Part shown: piece after piece, positions 33,265 through 42,044 of the stretch
Layout of the letters: each line of letters begins with the position of its first letter
Position numbering within the stretch: the stretch's first letter is position 1
From: Alphaproteobacteria bacterium
GTDB taxonomy: Bacteria > Pseudomonadota > Alphaproteobacteria > SP197
Direction of reading: 5' to 3'
Length of the DNA: 64,000 bases
NCBI GenBank assembly: GCA_964291415.2
Contig: OZ219920.1
Coordinates: forward strand, 736,001-800,000
Translations under genes and position numbers: made by a program
Notes under the pieces: generated by a model
The model's input: only the letters and a program-made list of their open reading frames with translations
The model's database searches: none
Told to the model about the DNA's origin: nothing

Positions 33265-33916
33265 CTCTGTCAACATCCAGACGATAAGCCGGTTTCGGCA
33301 GCGGTGGTGGCGGCGGAACGGCGTCCCGCAGCCGCTCGCGCAGGTCCTGCAGGGCGCTCGCCGCCTTTCGTAGTGCCTGCAGTTGCTCTGACGGAACTCC
33401 CGCTGCCTCGCGGATTGCCCTTGATTGTTCGGCGTGCCGCTCACCTGCTCCGGTCAGGTGCGTGCTGGTCCGTTGCAACTTGCGGACGAGCTTGCCCGTA
33501 TCCCTCACTGCCTTCAGTTCCTTGTCGACGTTGCCCAGATCTCTCAAAATCCGGATGCTCTCTTGGATCTCCTTCAGTTCGACCAGATCGGGATAAGCGA
33601 AGCGGAGCTCCCTGACGACATCCAGGGTACGGTTGAAATCCCTTGCTGCCCGTGTCGCGACGACGGGCGGGGCCGTGCTGCGCACGATACCGTCGACTGC
33701 AGGCACCGCCTTGCGCGGGATCAGCCGCAGGTCGAGGTCGAGCGCGCGCGCCAGTTCAACCAGACTCGACAGGCGGATGTCAGCGCCGCCATTTTCGATC
33801 TTGGAGACGTGACTTTGCGGTACGCCCGTGCGCCTGCCCAGGGCCTGCTGACTGAGTCCCTTGGCGACTCGCGCGCTCTTGAGCGCGTCGATGATGTTCT
33901 GCGTTGCGTAGATCAT
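33257..33916 (-). CDS. XRE-family HTH antitoxin (HipB-like) with a long C-terminal region
   Basis: LKSARVAKGLSQQALG…QSHVSKIENG…LARAL; stop codon overlaps the hipA start (ATGGCTGA). Confidence 0.82.
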   Translation of the reverse strand: MIYATQNIIDALKSARVAKGLSQQALGRRTGVPQSHVSKIENGGADIRLSSLVELARALDLDLRLIPRKAVPAVDGIVRSTAPPVVATRAARDFNRTLDVVRELRFAYPDLVELKEIQESIRILRDLGNVDKELKAVRDTGKLVRKLQRTSTHLTGAGERHAEQSRAIREAAGVPSEQLQALRKAASALQDLRERLRDAVPPPPPLPKPAYRLDVDRDG

Positions 33917-33979
33917 TCATATATATCTACATATTTGACGCCCGATACAATATAGTAATATAGATATCTGTCAATGACA
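33917..33979 (-). promoter_or_regulatory. AT-rich promoter/operator of the hipBA-like operon
   Basis: Minus strand TTGACA-N16-TATTGT; inverted repeat ATATCTA (33923-33929)/TAGATAT (33961-33967). Confidence 0.55.
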
Positions 33980-34226
33980 CGATCTGCCTTCGCATTGTTC
34001 TGACAGTGCGCGGCGTTGCGATAACTCGGTCCCCGGTGTTTCTTCTCCGGATCGACGGTTTGGTCTGGCCGACAGGCCTTCCCGGGGATATCCCGGATCC
34101 AACGGAAACGGGTGGGTGTCGCCGGCGACTCACGTTTGAGCCAGACGATGGTCGACGGGCGCTGCCGGTGACAGAGGAACGTGTACCGGTTTCGGCGTGG
34201 GACCGGCCTGAAGGAGAGAGGACAGC

Positions 34227-34901
34227 ATGATGAGCGAACATCCCGTCATTCCGCTGCCCGGTTATCGGGAGCGCTCGGAGGACGAGATGATACGGCGGGC
34301 GCGCGAGTTCCGCGCGGAACTGAAACGGCGGCGCACGGTGCGGCATTTCTCGAGCCGTCCGGTGGCGCGGGAAATCATCGACGAGTGCCTGGGGACTGCG
34401 ACGACGGCGCCGAGCGGCGCCAACCTTCAGCCGTGGCATTTCGTCGTCATCGGCGATGCGGAAACGAAGCGGCGGATACGCCGGGCCGCCGAAGAGGAAG
34501 AGCGCCGTTTCTACCACCAACGGGCGCCGCAGGAATGGCTGGACGCGCTGGCGCCGCTTGGCACCGACGAGAACAAGCCGTTCCTCGAGACCGCCCCCTG
34601 GCTGATCGCCGTGTTCTCCCAGAAGCACGGCCGCCTGGCCGACGGCCGCAAGGTCAAGCACTACTATCCGATGGAATCGGTCGGGCTCGCGACCGGAATG
34701 CTGATTGCGGCGCTGCACGTGGCCGGGCTTGCGACCCTGACCCATACCCCGAGCCCCATGGCGTTCCTGAACGAGATCCTGGGACGTCCGCCATCGGTCG
34801 AGCGGCCCTTCCTGCTGCTGGTGACGGGCTATCCGGCCGAAAACGCGACGGTGCCCGATATCGCCCGAAAGCCGCTCGGCGAGGTGGTGAGCTACGTCTG
34901 A
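34227..34901 (+). CDS. Iodotyrosine deiodinase-like flavoprotein (nitroreductase superfamily)
   Basis: [17 protein letters not shown], lid AEEEE..FY…W..L..LGT…KPFL, KHYY..ES, THTP, ERP, VPD..RK. Confidence 0.82.
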   Translation: MMSEHPVIPLPGYRERSEDEMIRRAREFRAELKRRRTVRHFSSRPVAREIIDECLGTATTAPSGANLQPWHFVVIGDAETKRRIRRAAEEEERRFYHQRAPQEWLDALAPLGTDENKPFLETAPWLIAVFSQKHGRLADGRKVKHYYPMESVGLATGMLIAALHVAGLATLTHTPSPMAFLNEILGRPPSVERPFLLLVTGYPAENATVPDIARKPLGEVVSYV

Positions 34902-34969
34902 AGAGGGGGAGGGGCCTCGGAGCAGCCAGTGTCGAACCGCTTCATCTCCCGCCCTGCAACCTCCATCTC

Positions 34970-35090
34970 AACCACCGTCCCAAGGCATGGATGCTCGACG
35001 GCCTGTGGACAGCCGTCACCGGCACCCTCCGGACCCTCCAGCCCCGGAAACGCCGGACCGGGCTTGTTGCCGCCGGCCATGAGCCAGGCG
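34970..35090 (+). mobile_element. Possible decayed IS630-family transposase C-terminal remnant
   Basis: Reads DGLWTAVTGTLRTLQP…VAAGHEP, resembling the IS630 C-terminal pattern D.LW.AI…L..F.P…AAGY.P as recalled. Confidence 0.35.
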
Positions 35091-35151
35091 GTTGCCGTAT
35101 CGACGATCACAGGGCGCGGTGAACGTTCAGCAGCGGGCCATGCGGGCGGGG

Positions 35152-36318
35152 TTACTGCAGCCGCGCGACTTCCTTCCAGTTGCCGTCTTCAATCACCGAG
35201 AGGATGGTGACGTCCACGCCCTGGTGGTCGTCGGCCGCAAAGGAGACGTGGTTGTCCATGAGCGGATCGTAGTAGTCGAGGCTCTCGACCGCCGCGAGGA
35301 AGCTCTCCACGCTGAGATCCCGGCCCGCCTTTTCCAGCGCCCGCGTGAAGCTGGTCGCACCGACATGGCCCAGCAGCGCACCGGTGCCGGGGAAGTCCCC
35401 GGTCGCCTCCATGTGGCTCGCGATGAAGGCCGCCGGCGCCTCCTCGTCGGCCCGTGCCGCGAGGTCGGCCCACACGCCGGTGGCGTACAGCCCCTCGGTC
35501 ACGCCCTCAGGCACCTTGGCGATCACGGTGTGGAACGAGCCGGACGTGCCGATCATCTTCAGGTGCGCGAGGCCGAGTTTCTTCGCCGTCGCCATCACCG
35601 TGATGACCTGGCGCACGCTCAGCGCCAGGGCGATCAGTTCGCACTCCTCGGCGGCGAGCTTCTGCAGCGAGCCCACGAAATCCGCCTCGTCGAGCTTGTG
35701 AGAGGTTTCGGCGACATAAGAGAGCGCCGGGTTGGCTTGCGCCTCGTCGACGGCGGCCTCCTTCATCTCCTTGCCGAAGTCCGAGGGAATGTACATGCCG
35801 CAGACTCTCGTGATTCCAAGCGTCCGGGTCAGATAGTCGGTCGCGAGCCGCATCTGTTCATAGTACGAACTGGAAACCGAGAAGCGCAGGCGAATCGGCT
35901 CGTCCAGCATGTGTCTCGAGGCACTGAGCGGCGTGAGATTGGGAATGTTCTTCGGCTCCATCAGATTGAAGCCGGCGATGTTCATCGGCGTGCCCAGCGA
36001 GAGCAGCATGGCGAACACGCCGTCGCGATTGATGAGCTTGTTGTAGCCCTGAATGGCCTTCGGCATCTGGTAGGCGTGGTCCTCGACGATGAACCTTATG
36101 GTCCGGCCGTGAACGCCGCCGGCCGCGTTGACGGCATCAAAATGCCGCTGGGCGGCCTCGACCGCCGGCGCACCGAAGGCGGAGAACGGTCCGGAGAGAT
36201 CGTTGACGGAGCCGATGATGACCTCGTCGTCGCTGACGCCCTGTTCGGCGAGCGCCGGAGTTCCGGCCAACGCCACCAGGGTGAGGATGATGCGTGGAAG
36301 TTTCGAGAGGTGTTTCAT
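35152..36318 (-). CDS. Branched-chain amino acid-type ABC substrate-binding protein
   Basis: Signal peptide; QGVSDDEVIIG..DLSGP, NAAGGVHGR.I…VED. Confidence 0.88.
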   Translation of the reverse strand: MKHLSKLPRIILTLVALAGTPALAEQGVSDDEVIIGSVNDLSGPFSAFGAPAVEAAQRHFDAVNAAGGVHGRTIRFIVEDHAYQMPKAIQGYNKLINRDGVFAMLLSLGTPMNIAGFNLMEPKNIPNLTPLSASRHMLDEPIRLRFSVSSSYYEQMRLATDYLTRTLGITRVCGMYIPSDFGKEMKEAAVDEAQANPALSYVAETSHKLDEADFVGSLQKLAAEECELIALALSVRQVITVMATAKKLGLAHLKMIGTSGSFHTVIAKVPEGVTEGLYATGVWADLAARADEEAPAAFIASHMEATGDFPGTGALLGHVGATSFTRALEKAGRDLSVESFLAAVESLDYYDPLMDNHVSFAADDHQGVDVTILSVIEDGNWKEVARLQ

Positions 36319-36333
36319 GACGTCGTTCCCTTT

Positions 36334-38202
36334 TCACCTGTACATGTCTTCAATCAATGCCTCGTGGTTCCTCTCCACGAAGCTGCGCCGAAGCTTCATG
36401 GTGGGGGTCATCTCGTCGTCGGTCGCCGTCAGCTGCCGGTCGATCAGGCGGAAGGCTTTCACCTGCTCGACCGGGCTGAAGCGGGCGTTTGCTTCCATGA
36501 CTTCAGCGGCGATCAGATCCTGCACCGGGCCCGCGGCGCAAAGCGAGGCGAAATCGGAGAATGGCACGCGCCTCTCCTGGGCAAAGGCCTCCACGGCCTC
36601 GTGATCGATCATCACGAGCGCGGTGAGGTATCTGCGGCGGTCGCCGATGACGATGGCATCGGAGATATAGGGAGAACATTTCATCTGGTTCTCGAGTGCG
36701 GCAGGCGCAATGTTCTTTCCGCCGGCCGTGATGATGATATCCCGCGCCCGCCCGGTGATCCAGACGAACCCGTCGTCGTCGATTCGACCGAGATCGCCGG
36801 TGTAGAGCCAGCCGTCGCGGATCGTTTTCGCCGTGCCTTGCGGATCGTTCCAGTAGCCCTGAAAGACCAGAGGACCCTTCGCGAGAATCTCCCCGTCGGC
36901 GGCAGTCGCAAGCTCGACGCCCGGCGCCGGCAGGCCGACGGAGCCGGTCTTGTTGCGCCCGGGCCGATTGACCGAAAGGACGCCAGAACTCTCCGTCTGG
37001 CCGTAGCCCTCCACCATGACGAGGCCGATCGCCCAGTACCAGCGCACCAGGTCGGGCGCGATGGGCGCGGCGCCGGTGCTGATGTGACGTGCGCGGTCGA
37101 GGCCGATCATGCGCCTCAGGTTCGCGAGCACGAGGACATCCCAGAGCCTGAAGCGCGCCTCCAGCTCGAGCGGGACCCGGCGCCCTTCCATCAGGTGGTC
37201 TGCGCGCGCCATGCCGCACGCGAGTGCGCGCGCGAAGGCCCAGCGTCCCAGCGGGCCCGCCTCCGCGGCGAGCATCGAGACGCGCGCGTGGACTTTCTCC
37301 CACACCCTGGGCACCGCCGTGAAGGAGGCGGGCGAGACTTCCCGCATGTTGTCGAAGACCGTCTCCATGCTCTCGGCGAAGTTCACCACCGATTTCGCGG
37401 CGAGTGGCGTGAAGACCGAGATGAGCCGCTCCAGCACGTGGCAGAGCGGCAGGAAGCAGATCTGCTCGTCGCCCTCGTTCACCGGCACCGCCTGGAGCAC
37501 GGAAGAGGCGGAAAACATGATGTTCTCGTGGGAGATCATCGCACCCTTGGGCTCTCCCGTGGTGCCGGAGGTGTAGATCAGGATCGCGGTGTCGTCAGGG
37601 CGCGATTCCGCCACAGCGCGCGCGAAGCGCTCGGGTTCCCGTTCGTGTGCGGCGCGGCCGCTCTCATAGAGCGCATCGAGAAAGACGACCCGGTCGTCTG
37701 CGAACTCGTGGAGACCGTCGCGGTCGAGCACCACGCACATCTCAAGGCCCGGAACCCGGTCGCGGATCTCCAGCACCTTGTCGAGCTGCTCGTCGTTCTC
37801 CACGATGACGAATCTGCTGCCCGCATGGCGCAGCAGGAACTCGACCTGTGCGGCGCTGTCGGTGGGATAGATGCCGGTGACGATCCCGCCGACGCACTGG
37901 ATGCCAAGATCGGCGTAGATCCACTCCTTCCTGTCTTCGGAGAGGATGGCCACGACGTCGCCCCGATTCAGTCCCAGCTGGACCAGCCCCATGCCGATGG
38001 CCCGGGCAGCGTCGTGAAAGTCCGCCCACGAGTGGCTGCGCCAGATGCCGTGCACCTTCTCGCGATGGGCCGTGCGCGCGCCCATCTCGCGGCAGCGGGC
38101 GAGGAAGAGTTTTGGCAGGGTGTCGCAGCCGTCAATCAGGCAGGGTCTCAGGGAGAGACTCGTGTCCACCACGTGTTTCCGGCGCTCCGGCATCTCACCC
38201 AT
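36334..38202 (-). CDS. AMP-dependent long-chain acyl-CoA synthetase
   Basis: IYTSGTTGEPKG, FLPLCH..ER, EGYGQTE, TGDLG, GGKNIAP, TPTMKL. Confidence 0.9.
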   Translation of the reverse strand: MGEMPERRKHVVDTSLSLRPCLIDGCDTLPKLFLARCREMGARTAHREKVHGIWRSHSWADFHDAARAIGMGLVQLGLNRGDVVAILSEDRKEWIYADLGIQCVGGIVTGIYPTDSAAQVEFLLRHAGSRFVIVENDEQLDKVLEIRDRVPGLEMCVVLDRDGLHEFADDRVVFLDALYESGRAAHEREPERFARAVAESRPDDTAILIYTSGTTGEPKGAMISHENIMFSASSVLQAVPVNEGDEQICFLPLCHVLERLISVFTPLAAKSVVNFAESMETVFDNMREVSPASFTAVPRVWEKVHARVSMLAAEAGPLGRWAFARALACGMARADHLMEGRRVPLELEARFRLWDVLVLANLRRMIGLDRARHISTGAAPIAPDLVRWYWAIGLVMVEGYGQTESSGVLSVNRPGRNKTGSVGLPAPGVELATAADGEILAKGPLVFQGYWNDPQGTAKTIRDGWLYTGDLGRIDDDGFVWITGRARDIIITAGGKNIAPAALENQMKCSPYISDAIVIGDRRRYLTALVMIDHEAVEAFAQERRVPFSDFASLCAAGPVQDLIAAEVMEANARFSPVEQVKAFRLIDRQLTATDDEMTPTMKLRRSFVERNHEALIEDMYR

Positions 38203-38208
38203 CCTGCG

Positions 38209-38979
38209 CTATCCCCAGGTCTTGCGGCGCTTCCAGCGCCGCTCTCCCCGCAGACCGCGCTGTTCGGCACCGAGGTAGAACTCCTGGATATCCGCGCTCT
38301 GCCGCAGGCGCTCGGCGGGGCCTTCCATCACGATGCGCCCGAGTTCCATGACGTAGCCGTCATCGGCGATATCCAGCGCCACCCTGGCATTCTGCTCCAC
38401 GAGCAGCATGGTGACGCCACGCTCGGCGTTGAGGCGACGGAGGATGGCGAAGATGTCGGTCACCAGCAGCGGCGAAAGACCAAGCGAGGGCTCGTCCAGC
38501 AACATGACCCTCGGCCCGGCCATCAGCCCGCGTGCAATCGCCAGCATCTGCTGCTGTCCGCCCGAGAGGGTGCCGGCGGTCTGGCGCAGCCGCTGCTTCA
38601 GAATGGGGAAGTAGGAGAAGACCATCTCGCGGTCCTCGTCCACGTCGCGGTCTCTGCGGGTGTAGGCACCCATGGCGAGATTCTCGTCCACGGTGAGCAG
38701 TGGGAAGATCTCCCGCCCCTCGGGCACGTGCACGACTCCCTTGCGTACAATCCGGTCGGGATCGCGGCCGGCGATGGTGTCGCCGGCCAGAAGGATGTCG
38801 CCCTTCGCCGGGTCCATGACGCCGGAGACGGTCTTCAGAAGCGTGGTCTTGCCCGCCCCGTTCGCGCCGAGCACCGTGACGATCCTGCCCTCGGGCACGT
38901 CGAGGCTCACGCCGCGGATCGCCATGACCGGGCCGTAGAAGCACTCGAGGTTGCGGATCTGGAGCAGCGTCCGGGTCAC
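38209..38979 (-). CDS. ABC ATP-binding protein (LivF-like)
   Basis: GANGAGKTT, LSGGQQQM, LDEPSLGL, VEQN. Confidence 0.92.
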   Translation of the reverse strand: MTRTLLQIRNLECFYGPVMAIRGVSLDVPEGRIVTVLGANGAGKTTLLKTVSGVMDPAKGDILLAGDTIAGRDPDRIVRKGVVHVPEGREIFPLLTVDENLAMGAYTRRDRDVDEDREMVFSYFPILKQRLRQTAGTLSGGQQQMLAIARGLMAGPRVMLLDEPSLGLSPLLVTDIFAILRRLNAERGVTMLLVEQNARVALDIADDGYVMELGRIVMEGPAERLRQSADIQEFYLGAEQRGLRGERRWKRRKTWG

Positions 38980-39749
38980 CGTGCCGTGGCCTCCCTCCCG
39001 AGATAGGCCTCGATCACCCTGGGATGAGACTGCACTTGCGCCGGCGTGCCGATCGCCATCACGCGTCCGTCGTCGAGCGCCAGAACCCGGTCCGAGACTG
39101 CCGAGACGAGCCCCATGTCGTGCTCCACCATGACGACGGTGACGCCCATCCGGGCGCGAATGTCCTTGATGCGGAACTGCATGTCCCTGGACTCCTCGGC
39201 GGAGAGTCCGGAAGCGGGCTCGTCCAGGAGCAGCATCCGGGGCTCGACGGCGAGCGCCCGGCCGACTTCCACCATCTTGCGAACGCCATAGGGGAGCCCG
39301 GCGATGATCCTGTCGCGGTGGGGCTGGAGGTCGAGGAAGTCGATCATCCGTTCGACCGCAGCCCTGTGGGCGATCTCCTCGCGCCTGACCCCGGGCGTAA
39401 AGAGGATCTGCTCGGGGATGGAGGCGCGCCGGCGTGTGTGGCGACCGATGAGCAGGTTCTGCAGCACGCTCGAGTGCTCGAAAAGTTCGATGTTCTGGAA
39501 GGTGCGCGCGATGCCGAGGCCGGCAATCCCCGAGGACGCGCGGCGGAGCAGGCTTTCACCCGCGAAGCGCAGATCCCCCTCGTCCGGCTCGTGGAAGCGG
39601 GAGATCAGGTTGAAGAGAGTCGACTTGCCGGCTCCGTTGGGCCCGACGATGGCGAAGATCTCGCCGGGCTCAACCGTGAACGAGACCCGCTCCAGCGCCG
39701 TGACGCCGCCGAAGTGTACCGTGACGCCATCCACCTCCAGCAGGCTCAC
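38976..39749 (-). CDS. ABC ATP-binding protein (LivG-like)
   Basis: GPNGAGKST, ARTFQN, LPYG, LLDEP, VEHDM, VIEAYLG; GTG start at 39749. Confidence 0.9.
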   Translation of the reverse strand: MSLLEVDGVTVHFGGVTALERVSFTVEPGEIFAIVGPNGAGKSTLFNLISRFHEPDEGDLRFAGESLLRRASSGIAGLGIARTFQNIELFEHSSVLQNLLIGRHTRRRASIPEQILFTPGVRREEIAHRAAVERMIDFLDLQPHRDRIIAGLPYGVRKMVEVGRALAVEPRMLLLDEPASGLSAEESRDMQFRIKDIRARMGVTVVMVEHDMGLVSAVSDRVLALDDGRVMAIGTPAQVQSHPRVIEAYLGREATAR

Positions 39750-40844
39750 CGCATCCGCTCCGTCTTCAGATAGCTCTTCTGCCGGCGGAACATGTCGCGG
39801 CGACAGAAAGGAAAGAGTTCGGCATAGACCCTCCACTTCTCAATGCGGCCATGGATACCGCGCGGCTCGAACAGGATGAAGAGAATGAGAATTGTCATGA
39901 ACACTCCGGTCTCGATCCCGGGAATCACGATGTTGCTGCCGAAAGCCGCCTGAGCCCCGTCGCGCGCGATGTTGATCGCCTGCGGGATGCTCACCAGCAC
40001 GAGCGCCCCCCAGTAGGCGCCCTGTATCGAACCGAGACCGCCGATCACGATCATCACCAGAAGCTGGATCGAGATGATGACAGTGAAGACCTCGTGGTTG
40101 AAGGTGTAGATGAAGTGTCCCATCAGAGCGCCGGCCCAGCCTGTGACCATGCAGGAGAGGCCGAAGGCGCAAGCCTTGGTCCTGGCCACGTTCACCCCCA
40201 TCGCCTGTGCCGAGATCTCGGAATCGCGGATCGCCAAGAAAGCCCGTCCCAGCGGCGTGCGCAGGACATTGCAGTAGCCAAGGGTGACGACCAGCGCCAC
40301 CGCAAGGCAGAGCCAATAGAAGAGATCGGGCGAGCCATAGCGGTCCACCTCGGCGCCCGCGATGGTGATGTCGGGCGCAACCAGTCCGATCACCCCGCCG
40401 GTCCAGGGCTCGGCGAGCACAATGATGTCCTCGGTCAGCATGGAAAGAGCGAGTGTCGCGATGGCGAGATAGATGCCGTGCAGCCTGAGAGCAGGAACTG
40501 CGATGAGGACGCCCGGCGAGCCCGGTGATCGCGCCCGCAGCCAGGAAGGAGACGACGAAGGGGAGGCCCATCCGCTCCATCAGGATTGCGTGGGCATAGC
40601 AGCCCACCGCGAGGAACGCCGCGTGGCCGAGGCTTGCCTGTCCGGCATGGCCTGTCAGCACCATGAGTCCCATGCCGGCGATGGCCCAGATCAGGACATT
40701 GGTGGCTTCGCCCAGGAGAAAGTCGTCCAGCAGCAGCGGCAGCGCTGCCGCGAGAGCCACCAGAACCGCATAGCGGAGCGCGCGCCTGACATCCGGAACG
40801 AGGCGGACGTCCTGGACGTAGCTGGTCTTGAGGGCGGTGCGCAT
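39746..40844 (-). pseudogene. ABC permease (LivM-like) with a 1-nt insertion at about 40512-40514
   Basis: N-half (LTGHAGQASLGHAAF) and C-half (GRAFLAIRDSE, GGLGS) are in different frames; removing one base joins …LAG-VLIAVPALRLHGIYLAIATL. Confidence 0.82.
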
Positions 40845-41719
40845 CAGACCTTCTTGGCGTGAGCCTGGGCGAAAAGGCCGCGCGGCCGGATGAGAAGCAC
40901 GAGGATCAGCATCGCGTAGGGCGCGATCTGGGAGTAGCCCGAGGCGACGTAGCGGGCGGCGAAGGGCTCGATCAGTCCGACGATCAGGCCGCCCGCGAGC
41001 GCTCCCGGCAGCGAGCCGAAGCCGCCGATCACCGCGGCGGCGAAAGCCTTGATGCCGAGCAGCCCCGTGTTGGGATCGATCGAGCCCTTCGAGGCGAAGA
41101 GGATCCCCGCCACTGCCGCGATCGCGCCTGCCAACGCCCAGGCGAGCCCGTGGATCCGCCTCACCGGGATGCCCATGTAGTAGGCCGCGAGCTGGTTCTG
41201 GCTCGATGCCTGCATGGCGATGCCGAGTCTGGTGCGGCTGAAGAATGCGAAGAGAAGGCCGGTGAGTACGAGGGTCACGGCGATGACCGCGAGCTCGTCC
41301 AGACCCAGCACCAGGGTGCCGAAGCGCTGGTTGACGCCCGCGATCGGGCTTTCCAGCGTCAGCGGGTCGTGACCCCAGATGAGGCCGGCGGCGATGCGCA
41401 GCAGGAAGCCGAAGGCGATCGTCAGGATCACCACGGCAATCTGGGACTGGCCGAAGACCTGTCGCAGGACGGTGCGCTCCAGCAGCCAGCCGAGCACGGC
41501 CATGGCGGTGATCGCGCCGATGCAGGCGACCCAGAACGGCAGGCCCAGGTGCGATCCGTTGGTGAGGCCGAGTGCCACGAAGGCGCCGAACATCATCAGG
41601 TCGCCCTGAGCAAAATTGACCTGTTCGGTAGCCTTGTAGATGAGCGCGAAGCCCAGAGCGATCAGGCCATAGACGCAGCCGTTGGCGAGACCGCTGACGA
41701 TGAGCTGCAGTATCTCCAA
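40844..41719 (-). CDS. ABC permease (LivH-like)
   Basis: SGLANGCVYGLIALG, VNFAQG, RTRLGIAM, AAVIGGFGS. Confidence 0.9.
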   Translation of the reverse strand: MEILQLIVSGLANGCVYGLIALGFALIYKATEQVNFAQGDLMMFGAFVALGLTNGSHLGLPFWVACIGAITAMAVLGWLLERTVLRQVFGQSQIAVVILTIAFGFLLRIAAGLIWGHDPLTLESPIAGVNQRFGTLVLGLDELAVIAVTLVLTGLLFAFFSRTRLGIAMQASSQNQLAAYYMGIPVRRIHGLAWALAGAIAAVAGILFASKGSIDPNTGLLGIKAFAAAVIGGFGSLPGALAGGLIVGLIEPFAARYVASGYSQIAPYAMLILVLLIRPRGLFAQAHAKKV

Positions 41720-41957
41720 TGTCCCGCTCCCTTGGGCGGCGCCTCCTGGATACGGCCCGACGAGTCTTGGGTACCGGGGCGGGATGTCAACACCCGTCTC
41801 CGCGCCAAGCGCGCCGGCTCGCGGCGATGATCGGCCTCGATCCCGTTGTCATCGTTGCGCGAAAGGCCGCAAGCGGTACCTGTTGACCCGGTTCCCAAGG
41901 AATCTCTCGACCGTCCGTGTCGTGCACCGGTTGCCGCCCGCCGGGCAGGGACGCCAG

Positions 41958-42029
41958 AAAAAAAGGGGCCTTTTCAAGGCCCCTTCATGAAAAAACAGGA
42001 CGGAAGGGGCTCATGGAACCCCTTCCGTC
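41958..42029 (-). terminator. Two tandem intrinsic terminators after the peptide SBP gene
   Basis: Stem GACGGAAGGGG/CCCCTTCCGTC followed 3 nt later by T6, then stem GGGGCCTT/AAGGCCCC followed by T7, on the minus strand. Confidence 0.75.
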
Positions 42030-42044
42030 TGACATGTCGGTGCT

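Noticed and set aside
35092-39006. 1304-aa ORF on the + strand, and similar long antisense ORFs (2173-3891, 4736-6640, 12016-13602, 57585-59684)
   Set aside because: Shadow frames opposite well-supported genes in high-GC DNA; no recognisable motifs
40505-40520. Programmed frameshifting or phase variation in livM
   Set aside because: Only a 3-nt run and no slippery heptamer; an indel error or recent mutation is more likely
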